Positions 1-13,130 of a stretch of DNA of 64,000 bases are shown here, one piece after another (positions within the stretch are counted from its first letter, which is position 1; each line of letters opens with the position of its first letter). This stretch comes from Eledone cirrhosa (taxonomy: Eukaryota): contig OZ024740.1 in the NCBI GenBank assembly GCA_964016885.1, positions 137,206,001 through 137,270,000 on the forward strand. The letters run 5' to 3'. Under the pieces are notes generated by a model. That model had not been told where the DNA came from. It was given only the letters and a program-made list of their open reading frames with translations, and searched no databases. Made by a program: the position numbers and the translations under genes.

Positions 1-248
1 TCCAATTCTCTCTTTCTCTTATCACTTTTCTCTCAATCTCCAATTCTCTCTTTCTCTTATCACTTTTCTCTCAATCTTCAATTCTCTCTTTCTCTTATCA
101 GTTTTCTCTCAATCTGCAATTCTCTCTTTCTCTTATCACTTTTCTCTCAATCTCCAATTCTCTCTTTCTCTTCTCACTTTTCCCCCAATCTCCAATTCTC
201 TCTTTCTCTTATCACTTTTCTCTCAATCTCCAATCCTCTCTTTCTCTT

Positions 249-278
249 ATCACTTTTCTCTCAATCACTTTTCTCTCA
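249..278. repeat. 15-bp internal duplication (ATCACTTTTCTCTCA)x2 producing a 53-bp monomer variant; first of many occurrences
   Basis: 249-263 and 264-278 are identical. The variant recurs at about 454, 1915, 2995, 3200, 4195, 4440, 5670, 6670, 6840, 14105, 17955, 27000, 31185, 34880, 37020, 47055 and 48855. Confidence 0.92.
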
Positions 279-2219
279 ATCTCCAATTCTCTCTTTCTCT
301 TATCACTTTTCTCTCAATCTCCAATACTCTCTTTCTCTTTTCACTTTTCTCTCAATCTCCAATACTCTCTTTCTCTTCTCACTTTTCTCTCAATCTCCAA
401 TTCTCGCTTTCTCTTCTCACTTTTCCCCCAATCTCCAATTCTCTCTTTCTCTTATCACTTTTCTCTCAATCACTTTTCTCTCAATCTCCAATTCTCTCTT
501 TCTCTTATCACTTTTCCCCCAATATCCACTCCTCTCTTTCTCTTATCACTTTTCTCTCAATCTCCAACTCTCTCTTTCTGTTATCGCTTTTCTCTCAAGC
601 TCCAATTCTCTCTTTCTCTTCTCACTTTTCTCTCAATCTCCAATCCTCTCTTTGTGTTCTCAGTTTTCCCCCAATCTCCAATTCTCTATTTCTCTTAGCA
701 CTTTTCTCTCAATCCCCCATTCTCTCTCTCTCTTATCACTTTTCTCTCAATCTCCAATTCTCTCTTTCTCTTCTCACTTTTCTCTCAATCTCCAATTCTC
801 TCTTTCTCTTATCACTTTTCTGTCAATCTCCAATTCTCTCTTTCTCTTATCACTTTTCTCTCAATCTCAATTCTCTCTTTCTCTTATCACTTTTCTCTCA
901 ATCTCCAATTCTCTGTTTCTCTTATCCATTTTCTCTCAATCTGCAATTCTCTCTTTCTTTTCTCACTTTACCCCCAATCTCCAATTCTCTCTTTCTCTTC
1001 ACACTTTTCCCCCAATCTCCAATTCTCTCTTTCTCTTCACACTTTTCCCCCAATCTCCAATTCTCTCTTTCTCTTCTTACTTTTCTCTCAATCTCCAATT
1101 CTCTCTTTCTCTTATCACCTTTCTCTCAATCTCCAAATCTCTGTTTCTCTTATCACTTTTCTCTCAATCTCCAACTCTCTCTTTCTCTTATCCCTTTTCT
1201 CTCAATCTCCAATTCTCTCTTTCTCTTCTCACTTTTCTCTCAATCTCCAATCCTCTCTTTCTGTTCTCAGTTTTCCCCCAATCTCCAATTCTCTATTTCT
1301 CTTAGCACTTTTCTCTCAATCCCCCATTCTCTCTCTCTCTTATCACTTTTCTCTCAATCTCCAATTCCCTCTTTCTCTTATCACTTTTCTCTCAAACTCC
1401 AATTCTCTCTTTCTCTCATCACATTTCTCTCAATCTCCAATTCTCTCTTTCTCTTATCAGTTTTCTCTCAATCTGCAATTCTCTCTTTCTCTTATCACTT
1501 TTCTCTCAATCTCCAATTCTCTCTTTCTCTTCTCACTTTTCCCCTAATCTCCAATTCTCTCTTTCTCTTATCACTTTTCTCTCAATCTCCAATTCTCTCT
1601 TTCTCTTATCACCTTTCTCTCAATCTCCAATTCTCTCTTTCTGTTATCACTTTTCTCTGAATCTCCAATTCTCTCTTTCTCTTATCCATTTTCTCTCAAT
1701 CTGCAATTCTCTCTTTCTTTTCTCACTTTTCCCCCAATCTCCAATTCTCTCTTTCTCTTCACACTTTTCCCCCAATCTCCAATTCTCTCTTTCTCTTCAC
1801 ACTTTTCCCCCAATCTCCAATTCTCTCTTTCTCTTCTCACTTTTCTCTCAATCTCCAGTTCTCTCTTTCTCTTATCACTTTTCTCTCAATCTCCAATCCT
1901 CTCTTTCTCTTATCACTTTTCTCTCAATCACTTTTCTCTCCATCTCCAATTCTCTCTTTCTCTTATCACTTTTCTCTCAATCTCCAATTCTCTCTTTCTC
2001 TTATCACTTTTCTCTCAATCCCCAATTCTCTCTTTCTCTTATCACTTTCCTCTCAATCTCCAATACTCTCTTTCTCTTCTCACTTTTCCCCCCAATCTCC
2101 AATTCTCTCTTTCTCTTATCACTTTTCTCTCAATCTCCAATTCTCTCTTTCTCTTATCACTTTTCTCTCAATCTCCAACTCTCTCTTTCTCTTATCCCTT
2201 TTCTCTCAATCTCCAATTA

Positions 2220-4620
2220 TCTCTTTCTCTCATCACTTTTCTCTCAATCTCCAATTCTCTCTTTCTCTTCTCATTTTTCCCCAATCTCCAATTCTCTTTT
2301 TCTCTTTACACTTTTCCCCAACCTCCAATTCTCTCTTTCTCTTATCACTTTTCTCTCAATCTCCAATTCTCTCTTTCCTTTCTCACTTTTCTCTCAATCT
2401 CCAATTCTCTCTTTCTCTTCTCACTTTTCTCTCAATCTCCCATTCTCTCTCTCTCTTATCACTTTTCTCTCAATCTCCAATTCTCTCTTTCTCTTATCCA
2501 TTTTCTCTCAATCTGCAATTCTCTCTTTCTTTTCTCACTTTTCCCCCAATCTCCAATTCTCTCTTTCTCTTCACACTTTTCCCCCAATCTCCAATTCTCT
2601 CATTCTCTTCTCACTTTTCTCTCAATCTCCAATCCTCTCTTTCTGTTCTCAGTTTTCCCCCAATCTCCAATTCTCTATTTCTCTTAGCACTTTTCTCTCA
2701 ATCCCCCATTCTCTCCCTCTCTTATCACTTTTCTCTCAATCTCCAATTCTCTCTTTCTCTTATCACTTTTCTCTCAATCTCCAATTCTCTCTTTCTCTTA
2801 TCACTTTTCTCTCAATCTTCAATTCTCTCTTTCTCTTATCAGTTTTCTCTCAATCTGCAATTCTCTCTTTCTCTTATCACTTTTCTCTCAATCTCCAATT
2901 CTCTCTTTCTCTTCTCACTTTTCCCCCAATCTCCAATTCTCTCTTTCTCTTATCACTTTTCTCTCAATCTCCAATCCTCTCTTTCTCTTATCACTTTTCT
3001 CTCAATCACTTTTCTCTCAATCTCCAATTCTCTCTTTCTCTTATCACTTTTCTCTCAATCTCCAATACTCTCTTTCTCTTTTCACTTTTCTCTCAATCTC
3101 CAATACTCTCTTTCTCTTCTCACTTTTCTCTCAATCTCCAATTCTCGCTTTCTCTTCTCACTTTTCCCCCAATCTCCAATTCTCTCTTTCTCTTATCACT
3201 TTTCTCTCAATCACTTTTCTCTCAATCTCCAATTCTCTCTTTCTCTTATCACTTTTCCCCCAATATCCACTCCTCTCTTTCTCTTATCACTTTTCTCTCA
3301 ATCTCCATTTCTCTCTTTCTCATATCAGTTTTCTCTCAAACTCCAATTCTCTCTTTCTCTCATCACTTTTCTCTCAAACTCCAATTCTCTCTTTCTCTCA
3401 TCACTTTTCTCTCAATCTCCAATTCTCTCTTTCTCTTCTCATTTTTCCCCAATCTCCAATTCTCTTTTTCTCTTTACACTTTTCCCCAACCTCCAATTCT
3501 CTCTTTCTCTTATCACTTTTCTCTCAATCTCCAATTCTCTCTTTCCTTTCTCACTTTTCTCTCAATCTCCAATTCTCTCTTTCTCTTCTCACTTTTCTCT
3601 CAATCTCCCATTCTCTCTCTCTTATCACTTTTCTCTCAATCTCCAATTCTCTCTTTCTCTTATCCATTTTCTCTCAATCTGCAATTCTCTCTTTCTTTTC
3701 TCACTTTTCCCCCAATCTCCAATTCTCTCTTTCTCTTCACACTTTTCCCCCAATCTCCAATTCTCTCATTCTCTTCTCACTTTTCTCTCAATCTCCAATC
3801 CTCTCTTTCTGTTCTCAGTTTTCCCCCAATCTCCAATTCTCTATTTCTCTTAGCACTTTTCTCTCAATCCCCCATTCTCTCCCTCTCTTATCACTTTTCT
3901 CTCAATCTCCAATTCTCTCTTTCTCTTATCACTTTTCTATCAATCTCCAATTCTCTCTTTCTCTTATCACTTTTCTCTCAATCTTCAATTCTCTCTTTCT
4001 CTTATCAGTCTTCTCTCAATCTGCAATTCTCTCTTTCTCTTATCACTTTTCTCTCAATCTCCAATTCTCTCTTTCTCTTCTCACTTTTCCCCCAATCTCC
4101 AATTCTCTCTTTCTCTTCTCACTTTTCTCTCAATCTCCAATTCTCTCTTTCTCTTATCACTTTTCTCTCAATCTCCAATCCTCTCTTTCTCTTATCACTT
4201 TTCTCTCAATCACTTTTCTCTCAATCTCCAATTCTCTCTTTCTCTTATCACTTTTCTCTCAATCTCCAATACTCTCTTTCTCTTTTCACTTTTCTCTCAA
4301 TCTCCAATTCTCTCTTTCTCTTATCACTTTTCTCTCAATCTCCAATACTCTCTTTCTCTTCTCACTTTTCTCTCAATCTCCAATTCTCGCTTTCTCTTCT
4401 CACTTTTTCCCCAATCTCCAATTCTCTCTTTCTCTTATCACTTTTCTCTCAATCACTTTTCTCTCAATCTCCAATTCTCTCTTTCTCTTATCACTTTTCC
4501 CCCAATATCCACTCCTCTCTTTCTCTTATCACTTTTCTCTCAATCTCCATTTCTCTCTTTCTCATATCAGTTTTCTCTCAAACTCCAATTCTCTCTTTCT
4601 CTCATCACTTTTCTCTCAAA
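2220..4620. repeat. Imperfect ~1.2 kb tandem duplication within the array
   Basis: TCATTTTTCC at 2271 and 3439 (offset 1168). AATATCCACT at 3262 and 4504 and TTCTCGC at 3142 and 4384 (offset 1242, two extra monomers minus 2 bp). Related partial copies lie at 1-540 and ~6640-7090. Confidence 0.8.
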
Positions 4621-7509
4621 CTCCAATTCTCTCTTTCTCTTATCACTTTTCTCTCAATCTACAACTCTCTCTTTCTCTTATCCCTTTTCTCTCAATCTCC
4701 AATTATCTCTTTCTCTTATCACTTTTCTCTCAATCTCCAATTCTCTCATTCTCTTCTCACTTTTCCCCTAATCTCCAATTCTCTCTTTCTCTTATCACTT
4801 TTCTCTCAATCTCCAATTCTCTCTTTCTCTCATCACTTTTCTCTCAATCTCCAATTCTCTCTTTCTCTTATCACTTTTCTCTCAATCTCCGATTCTCTCT
4901 TTCTCTTATCCATTTTCTCTCAATCTCCAATTCTCTCTTTCTTTTCTCACTTTTCCCCCAATATCCAATTCTCTCTTTCTCTTCACACTTTTCCCCCAAT
5001 CTCCAATTCTCTCTTTCTCTTATCACTTTTCTCTCAATCTCCAATTCTCTCTTTCTCTTATCACTTTTCTCTCAATCTCCAATTCTCTCTTTCTGTTATC
5101 ACTTTTCTCTCAATCTCCAATTCTCTCTTTCTCTTCTCACTTTTCTCTCAATCTCCCATTCTCTCTCTCTTATCACTTTTCTCTCAATCTCCAATTCTCT
5201 CTTTCTCTTATCCATTTTCTCTCAATCTGCAATTCTCTCTTTCTTTTCTCACTTTTCCCCCAATCTCCAATTCTCTCATTCTCTTCTCACTTTTCTCTCA
5301 ATCTCCAATCCTCTCTTTCTGTTCTCAGTTTTCCCCCAATCTCCAATTCTCTATTTCTCTTAGCACTTTTCTCTCAATCCCCCATTCTCTCCCTCTCTTA
5401 TCACTTTTCTCTCAATCTCCAATTCTCTCTTTCTCTTATCACTTTTCTCTCAATCTCCAATTCTCTCTTTCTCTTATCACTTTTCTCTCAATCTTCAATT
5501 CTCTCTTTCTCTTATCACTTTTCTCTCAATCTCCAATTCTCTCTTTCTCTTCTCACTTTTCCCCCAATCTCCAATTCTCTCTTTCTCTTCTCACTTTTCT
5601 CTCAATCTCCAATTCTCTCTTTCTCTTATCACTTTTCTCTCAATCTCCAATCCTCTCTTTCTCTTATCACTTTTCTCTCAATCACTTTTCTCTCAATCTC
5701 CAATTCTCTCTTTCTCTTATCACTTTTCTCTCAATCTCCAATTCTCTCTTTCTCTTATCACTTTTCTCTCAATCTCCAATACTCTCTTTCTCTTCTCACT
5801 TTTCTCTCAATCTCCAATTCTCTCTTTCTCTTATCAGTTTTCTCTCAATCTGCAATTCTCTCTTTCTCTTATCACTTTTCTCTCAATCTCCAATTCTCTC
5901 TTTCTCTTCTCACTTTTCCCCTAATCTCCAATTCTCTCTTTCTCTTATCACTTTTCTCTCAATCTCCAATTCTCTCTTTCTCTTATCACCTTTCTCTCAA
6001 TCTCCAATTCTCTCTTTCTGTTATCACTTTTCTCTGAATCTCCAATTCTCTCTTTCTCTTATCCATTTTCTCTCAATCTGCAATTCTCTCTTTCTTTTCT
6101 CACTTTTCCCCCAATCTCCAATTCTCTCTTTCTCTTCACACTTTTCCCCCAATCTCCAATTCTCTCTTTCTCTTCACACTTTTCTCTAAATCTCCAATTC
6201 TCTCTTTCTCTTCTCACTTTCCCCTAATCTCCAATTCTCTCTTTCTCTTATCACTTTTCTCTCAATCCCCAATTCTCTCTTTCTCTCATCACTTTTCTCT
6301 CAATCTCCAATTCTCTCTTTCTCTTATCACTTTTCTCTCAATCTCCAATTCTCTCTTTCTCTTATCCATTTTCTCTCAATTTGCAATTCTCTCTTTCTTT
6401 TCTCACTTTTCCCCCAATCTCCAATTCTCTCTTTCTCTTCACACTTTTCCCCCAATCTCCAATTCTCTCTTTCTCTTATCACTTTTCTCTCAATCTCCAA
6501 TTCTCTCTTTCTTTTCTCACTTTTCCCCCAATCTCCAATTCTCTCTTTCTCTTCACACTTTTCCCCCAATCTCCAATTCTCTCTTTCTCTTCTCACTTTT
6601 CTCTCAATCTCCAATTCTCTCTTTCTCTTATCACTTTTCTCTCAATCTCCAATCCTCTCTTTCTCATATCACTTTTCTCTCAATCACTTTTCTCTCAATC
6701 TCCAATTCTCTCTTTCTCTCATCACTTTTCTCTCAATCTCCAATACTCTCTTTCTCTTCTCACTTTTCTCTCAATCTCCAATTCTCGCTTTCTCTTCTCA
6801 CTTTTCCCCCAATCTCCAATTCTCTCTTTCTCTTATCACTTTTCTCTCAATCACTTTTCTCTCAATCTCCAATTCTCTCTTTCTCTTATCACTTTTCTCT
6901 CAATCTCCATTTCTCTCTTTCTCATATCAGTTTTCTCTCAAACTCCAATTCTCTCTTTCTCTCATCACTTTTCTCTCAAACTCCAATTCTCTCTTTCTCT
7001 TATCACTTTTCTCTCAACCTACAACTCTCTCTTTCTCTTATCCCTTTTCTCTCAATCTCCAATTATCTCTTTCTCTTATCACTTTTCTCTCAATCTCCAA
7101 TTCCCTCTTTCCCTTCTCACTTTTCTTTCAATCTCCAATTCTCTCTTTCTCTTCTCACTTTTCTCTCAATCTCCAATCCTCTTTATCTGTTCTCAGTTTT
7201 CACCCAATCTCCAATTCTCTCTTTCTCTTATCACTTTTCTCTCAATCTCCCATTCTCTCTCTCTCTTATCACTTTTCTCTCAATCACCAATTCTCTCTTT
7301 CTCTTATCACTTTTCTCATAATCTCCAATTCTCTCTTTCTCTTATCACTTTTCTCTCAATCTCCAATTCTCTCTTTCTCTTATCACTTGTCCCCCAATCT
7401 ACAATTCTCTCTTTCTCTTATCACTTTTCTCTCAATCTCCAATTCTCTCTTTCTCTTATCACTTTTCTCTCAATCTCCAATTCTCTCTTTCTCTTATCAC
7501 TTTTCTGCC

Positions 7510-10500
7510 AATCTCCAATTCTCTCTTTCTCTTATCACTTTTCTCTCAATCTGCAATTCTCTCTTTCTCTTATCACTTTTCTCTCAATCTCCAATTCTCT
7601 CATTCTCTTCTCACTTTTCCCCTAATCTCCAATTCTCTCTTTCTCTTATCACTTTTCTCACAATCTCCAATTCTCTCTTTCTCTCATCACTTTTCTCTCA
7701 ATCTCCAATTCTCTCTTTCTCTTATCCATTTTCTCTCAATCTCCAATTCTCTCTTTCTTTTCTCACTTTTCCCCCAATATCCAATTCTCTCTTCCTCTTC
7801 ACACTTTTCCCCCAATCTCCAATTCTCTCTTTCTCTTATCACTTTTCTCTCAATCTCCAATTTTCTCTTTCTCTTATCACTTTTCTCTCAATCTCCAATC
7901 TCTCTTTCTCATATCACTTTTCTCTCAAACTCCAATTCTCTCTTTCTCTCATCACTTTTCTCTCAATCTCCAATTCTCTCTTTCTCTTATCACTTTTGTC
8001 TCAATCTCCAACTCTCTCTTTCTCTTATCCCTTTTCTCTCAATCTCCAATTCTCTCTTTCTCTTCTCACTTTTCTCTCAATCTCCAATCCTCTCTATCTG
8101 TTCTCAGTTTTCCCCCAATCTCCAATTCTCTATTTCTCTTAGCACTTTTCTTTCAATCCCCCATTCTCCCTCTCTCTTATCACTTTTCTCTCAATCTCCA
8201 ATTCTCTCTTTCTCTTATCACTTTTCTCTCAATCTCCAATTCTCTCTTTCTCTTATCACTTTTCTCTCAATCTCCAATTCTCTCTTTCTCTTATTAGTTT
8301 TCTCTCAATCTCCAATTCTCTCTTTCTCTTATCACTTTTATCTCAATCTCCAATTCTCTCTTTCTCTTATCACTTTTCTCTCAATCTCCAATTCTCTCTT
8401 TCTCTTATCACTTGTTCCCCAATCTACAATTCTCTCTTTCTCTTATCACTTTTCTCTCAATCTCCAATTCTCTCTTTCTCTTATCACTTTTCCCATAATC
8501 TCCAATTCTCTCTTTCTCTTATCACTTTTCTCTCAATCTCCAATTCTCTCTTTCTCTTATCACTTTTCTGCCAATCTCCAATTCTCTCTTTCTCTTATCA
8601 CTTTTCTCTCAATCTCCAATTCTCTCTTTCTCTTATCACTTTTCTCTAAATCTCCAAATCTCTCTTTCTCTTATCACTGTTCTCTCAATCTCTAATTCTC
8701 TCTTTCTCTTATCACTTTTCCCATAATCTCCAATTCTCTCTTTCTCTTATCACTTTTCTCTCAATCTCCAATTCTCTCTTTCTCTTATCACTTTTCTCTA
8801 AATCTCCAATTCTCTCTTTCTCTTCTCACTTTTCCCCTAATCTCCAATTCTCTCTTTCTCTTATCACTTTTCTCTCAATCCCCAATTCTCTCTTTCTCTC
8901 ATCACTTTTCTCTCAATCTCCAATTCTCTCTTTCTCTTATCACTTTTCTCTCAATCTCCAATTCTCTCTTTCTCTTATCCATTTTCTCTCAATTTGCAAT
9001 TCTCTCTTTCTTTTCTCACTTTTCCCCCAATCTCCAATTCTCTCTTTCTCTTCACACTTTTCCCCCAATCTCCAATTCTCTCTTTCTCTTATCACTTTTC
9101 TCTCAATCTCCAATTTTCTCTTTCTCTTATCACTTTTCTCTCAATCTCCAATCTCTCTTTCTCATATTACTTTTCTCTCAAACTCCAATTCTCTCTTTCT
9201 CTCATCACTTTTCTCTCAATCTCCAATTCTCTCTTTCTCTTATCACTTTTCTCTCAATCTCCAAATCTCTCTTTCTCTTATCCCTTTTCTCTCAATCTCC
9301 AATTCTCTCTTTCTCTTCTCACTTTTCTCCCAATCTCCAATCCTCTCTTTCTGTTCTCAGTTTTCCCCCAATCTCCAATTATCTATTTCTCTTAGCACTT
9401 TTCTCTCAATCCCCCATTCTCTCCCTCTCTCATCACTTTTCTCTCAATCTCCAATTCTCTCTTTCTCTTATCACTTTTCTCTCAATCTCCAATTCTCTCT
9501 TTCTCTTATCACTTTTCTCTCAATCTCCAATTCTCTCTTTCTCTTATCAGTTTTCTCTCAATCTGCAATTCTCTCTTTCTCTTATCACTTTTCTCTCAAT
9601 CTCCAATTCTCTCTTTCTCTTCTCACTTTTCCCCTAATCTCCAATTCTCTCTTTCTCTTATCACTTTTCTCTCAATCTCCAATTCTCTCTTTCTCTTATC
9701 ACTTTTCTCTCAATTTCCAATTCTCTCTTTCTCTTATCCATTTTCTCTCAATCTGCAATTCTCTCTTTCTTTTCTCACTTTTCCCCCAATCTCCAATTCT
9801 CTCTTTCTCTTCACACTTTTCCCCCAATCTCCAATTCTCTCATTCTCTTCACACTTTTCCCCCAATCTCCAATTCTCTCTTTCTCTTTTCACTTTTCTCT
9901 CAATCTCCAATTCTCTCTTTCTCTTATCACTTTTCTCTCAATCTCCAATTCTCCCTTTCTCTTATCACTTTTCTCTCAATCTCCAACTCTCTCTTTCTGT
10001 TATCCCTTTTCTCTCAATCTCCAATTCTCTCTTTCTCTTCTCACTTTTCTCTCAATCTCCAATCCTCTCTTTGTGTTCTCAGTTTTCCCCCAATCTCCAA
10101 TTCTCTATTTCTCTTAGCACTTTTCTCTCAATCCCCCATTCTCTCTCTCTCTTATCACTTTTCTCTCAATCTCCAATTCTCTCTTTCTCTTCTCACTTTT
10201 CTCTCAATCTCCAATTCTCTCTTTCTCTTATCACTTTTCTCTCAATCTCCAAATCTCTCTTTCTCTTATCACTTTTCTCTCAATCTCAATTCTCTCTTTC
10301 TCTTATCACTTTTCTCTCAATCTGCAATTCTCTCTTTCTCTTATCACTTTTCTCTCAATCTCCAATTCTCTCATTCTCTTCTCACTTTTCCCCTAATCTC
10401 CAATTCTCTCTTTCTCTTATCACTTTTCTCTCAATCTCCAATTCTCTCTTTCTCTCATCACTTTTCTCTCAATCTCCAATTCTCTCTTTCTCTTATCACT

Positions 10501-13130
10501 TTTCTCTCAATCTCCAATTCTCTCTTTCTCTTATCCATTTTCTCTCAATCTCCAATTCTCTCTTTCTTTTCTCACTTTTCCCCCAATATCCAATTCTCTC
10601 TTCCTCTTCACACTTTTCCCCCAATCTCCAATTCTCTCTTTCTCTTATCACTTTTCTCTCAATCTCCAATTTTCTCTTTCTCTTATCACTTTTCTCTCAA
10701 TCTCCAATCTCTCTTTCTCATATCACTTTTCTCTCAAACTCCAATTCTCTCTTTCTCTCATCACTTTTCTCTCAATCTCCAATTCTCTCTTTCTCTTATC
10801 ACTTTTGTCTCAATCTCCAACTCTCTCTTTCTCTTATCCCTTTTCTCTCAATCTCCAATTCTCTCTTTCTCTTCTCACTTTTCTCTCAATCTCCAATCCT
10901 CTCTATCTGTTCTCAGTTTTCCCCCAATCTCCAATTCTCTATTTCTCTTAGCACTTTTCTTTCAATCCCCCATTCTCCCTCTCTCTTATCACTTTTCTCT
11001 CAATCTCCAATTCTCTCTTTCTCTTATCACTTTTCTCTCAATCTCCAATTCTCTCTTTCTCTTATCACTTTTCTCTCAATCTCCAATTCTCTCTTTCTCT
11101 TATTAGTTTTCTCTCAATCTCCAATTCTCTCTTTCTCTTATCACTTTTATCTCAATCTCCAATTCTCTCTTTCTCTTATCACTTTTCTCTCAATCTCCAA
11201 TTCTCTCTTTCTCTTATCACTTGTTCCCCAATCTACAATTCTCTCTTTCTCTTATCACTTTTCTCTCAATCTCCAATTCTCTCTTTCTCTTATCACTTTT
11301 CCCATAATCTCCAATTCTCTCTTTCTCTTATCACTTTTCTCTCAATCTCCAATTCTCTCTTTCTCTTATCACTTTTCTGCCAATCTCCAATTCTCTCTTT
11401 CTCTTATCACTTTTCTCTCAATCTCCAATTCTCTCTTTCTCTTATCACTTTTCTCTAAATCTCCAAATCTCTCTTTCTCTTATCACTGTTCTCTCAATCT
11501 CTAATTCTCTCTTTCTCTTATCACTTTTCCCATAATCTCCAATTCTCTCTTTCTCTTATCACTTTTCTCTCAATCTCCAATTCTCTCTTTCTCTTATCAC
11601 TTTTCTCTAAATCTCCAATTCTCTCTTTCTCTTCTCACTTTTCCCCTAATCTCCAATTCTCTCTTTCTCTTATCACTTTTCTCTCAATCCCCAATTCTCT
11701 CTTTCTCTCATCACTTTTCTCTCAATCTCCAATTCTCTCTTTCTCTTATCACTTTTCTCTCAATCTCCAATTCTCTCTTTCTCTTATCCATTTTCTCTCA
11801 ATTTGCAATTCTCTCTTTCTTTTCTCACTTTTCCCCCAATCTCCAATTCTCTCTTTCTCTTCACACTTTTCCCCCAATCTCCAATTCTCTCTTTCTCTTA
11901 TCACTTTTCTCTCAATCTCCAATTTTCTCTTTCTCTTATCACTTTTCTCTCAATCTCCAATCTCTCTTTCTCATATTACTTTTCTCTCAAACTCCAATTC
12001 TCTCTTTCTCTCATCACTTTTCTCTCAATCTCCAATTCTCTCTTTCTCTTATCACTTTTCTCTCAATCTCCAAATCTCTCTTTCTCTTATCCCTTTTCTC
12101 TCAATCTCCAATTCTCTCTTTCTCTTCTCACTTTTCTCCCAATCTCCAATCCTCTCTTTCTGTTCTCAGTTTTCCCCCAATCTCCAATTATCTATTTCTC
12201 TTAGCACTTTTCTCTCAATCCCCCATTCTCTCCCTCTCTCATCACTTTTCTCTCAATCTCCAATTCTCTCTTTCTCTTATCACTTTTCTCTCAATCTCCA
12301 ATTCTCTCTTTCTCTTATCACTTTTCTCTCAATCTCCAATTCTCTCTTTCTCTTATCAGTTTTCTCTCAATCTGCAATTCTCTCTTTCTCTTATCACTTT
12401 TCTCTCAATCTCCAATTCTCTCTTTCTCTTCTCACTTTTCCCCTAATCTCCAATTCTCTCTTTCTCTTATCACTTTTCTCTCAATCTCCAATTCTCTCTT
12501 TCTCTTATCACTTTTCTCTCAATTTCCAATTCTCTCTTTCTCTTATCCATTTTCTCTCAATCTGCAATTCTCTCTTTCTTTTCTCACTTTTCCCCCAATC
12601 TCCAATTCTCTCTTTCTCTTCACACTTTTCCCCCAATCTCCAATTCTCTCATTCTCTTCACACTTTTCCCCCAATCTCCAATTCTCTCTTTCTCTTTTCA
12701 CTTTTCTCTCAATCTCCAATTCTCTCTTTCTCTTATCACTTTTCTCTCAATCTCCAATTCTCCCTTTCTCTTATCACTTTTCTCTCAATCTCCAACTCTC
12801 TCTTTCTGTTATCCCTTTTCTCTCAATCTCCAATTCTCTCTTTCTCTTCTCACTTTTCTCTCAATCTCCAATCCTCTCTTTGTGTTCTCAGTTTTCCCCC
12901 AATCTCCAATTCTCTATTTCTCTTAGCACTTTTCTCTCAATCCCCCATTCTCTCTCTCTCTTATCACTTTTCTCTCAATCTCCAATTCTCTCTTTCTCTT
13001 CTCACTTTTCTCTCAATCTCCAATTCTCTCTTTCTCTTATCACTTTTCTCTCAATCTCCAAATCTCTCTTTCTCTTATCACTTTTCTCTCAATCTCAATT
13101 CTCTCTTTCTCTTATCACTTTTCTCTCAAT
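7510..13130. repeat. Higher-order tandem duplication, period 2809 bp (~74 monomers), 2 copies
   Basis: AATATCC 7776/10585, TATTAG 8292/11101 and CAATCTCAAT 10281/13090 are all offset by 2809. The ORF translations at 8994/11803 are identical, and matching ORF starts lie at 10071/12880. Confidence 0.93.

Noticed and set aside
1250-1275. Polypyrimidine tract plus CAG (TCTCTTTCTGTTCTCAG) and CTAAT resembling splice acceptor and branch point, or recursive splice sites
   Set aside because: This is expected by chance on a pyrimidine-rich strand. The AG is followed by TTTT rather than GT, and there are no exons or donor consensus sites.
1541-1548. Telomere-like hexamers CCCTAA and CCCCAA within variant monomers
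   Set aside because: They occur singly as point variants of CTCTCAA (CCCCTAA, CCCCCAA), never in tandem, so they are not telomeric or interstitial telomeric repeats.
1721-1815. G-quadruplex or i-motif potential from consecutive GGGGG/CCCCC monomers
   Set aside because: The tracts are separated by ~33-nt loops and usually only 2-3 occur in a row, which does not fit a canonical intramolecular G4.
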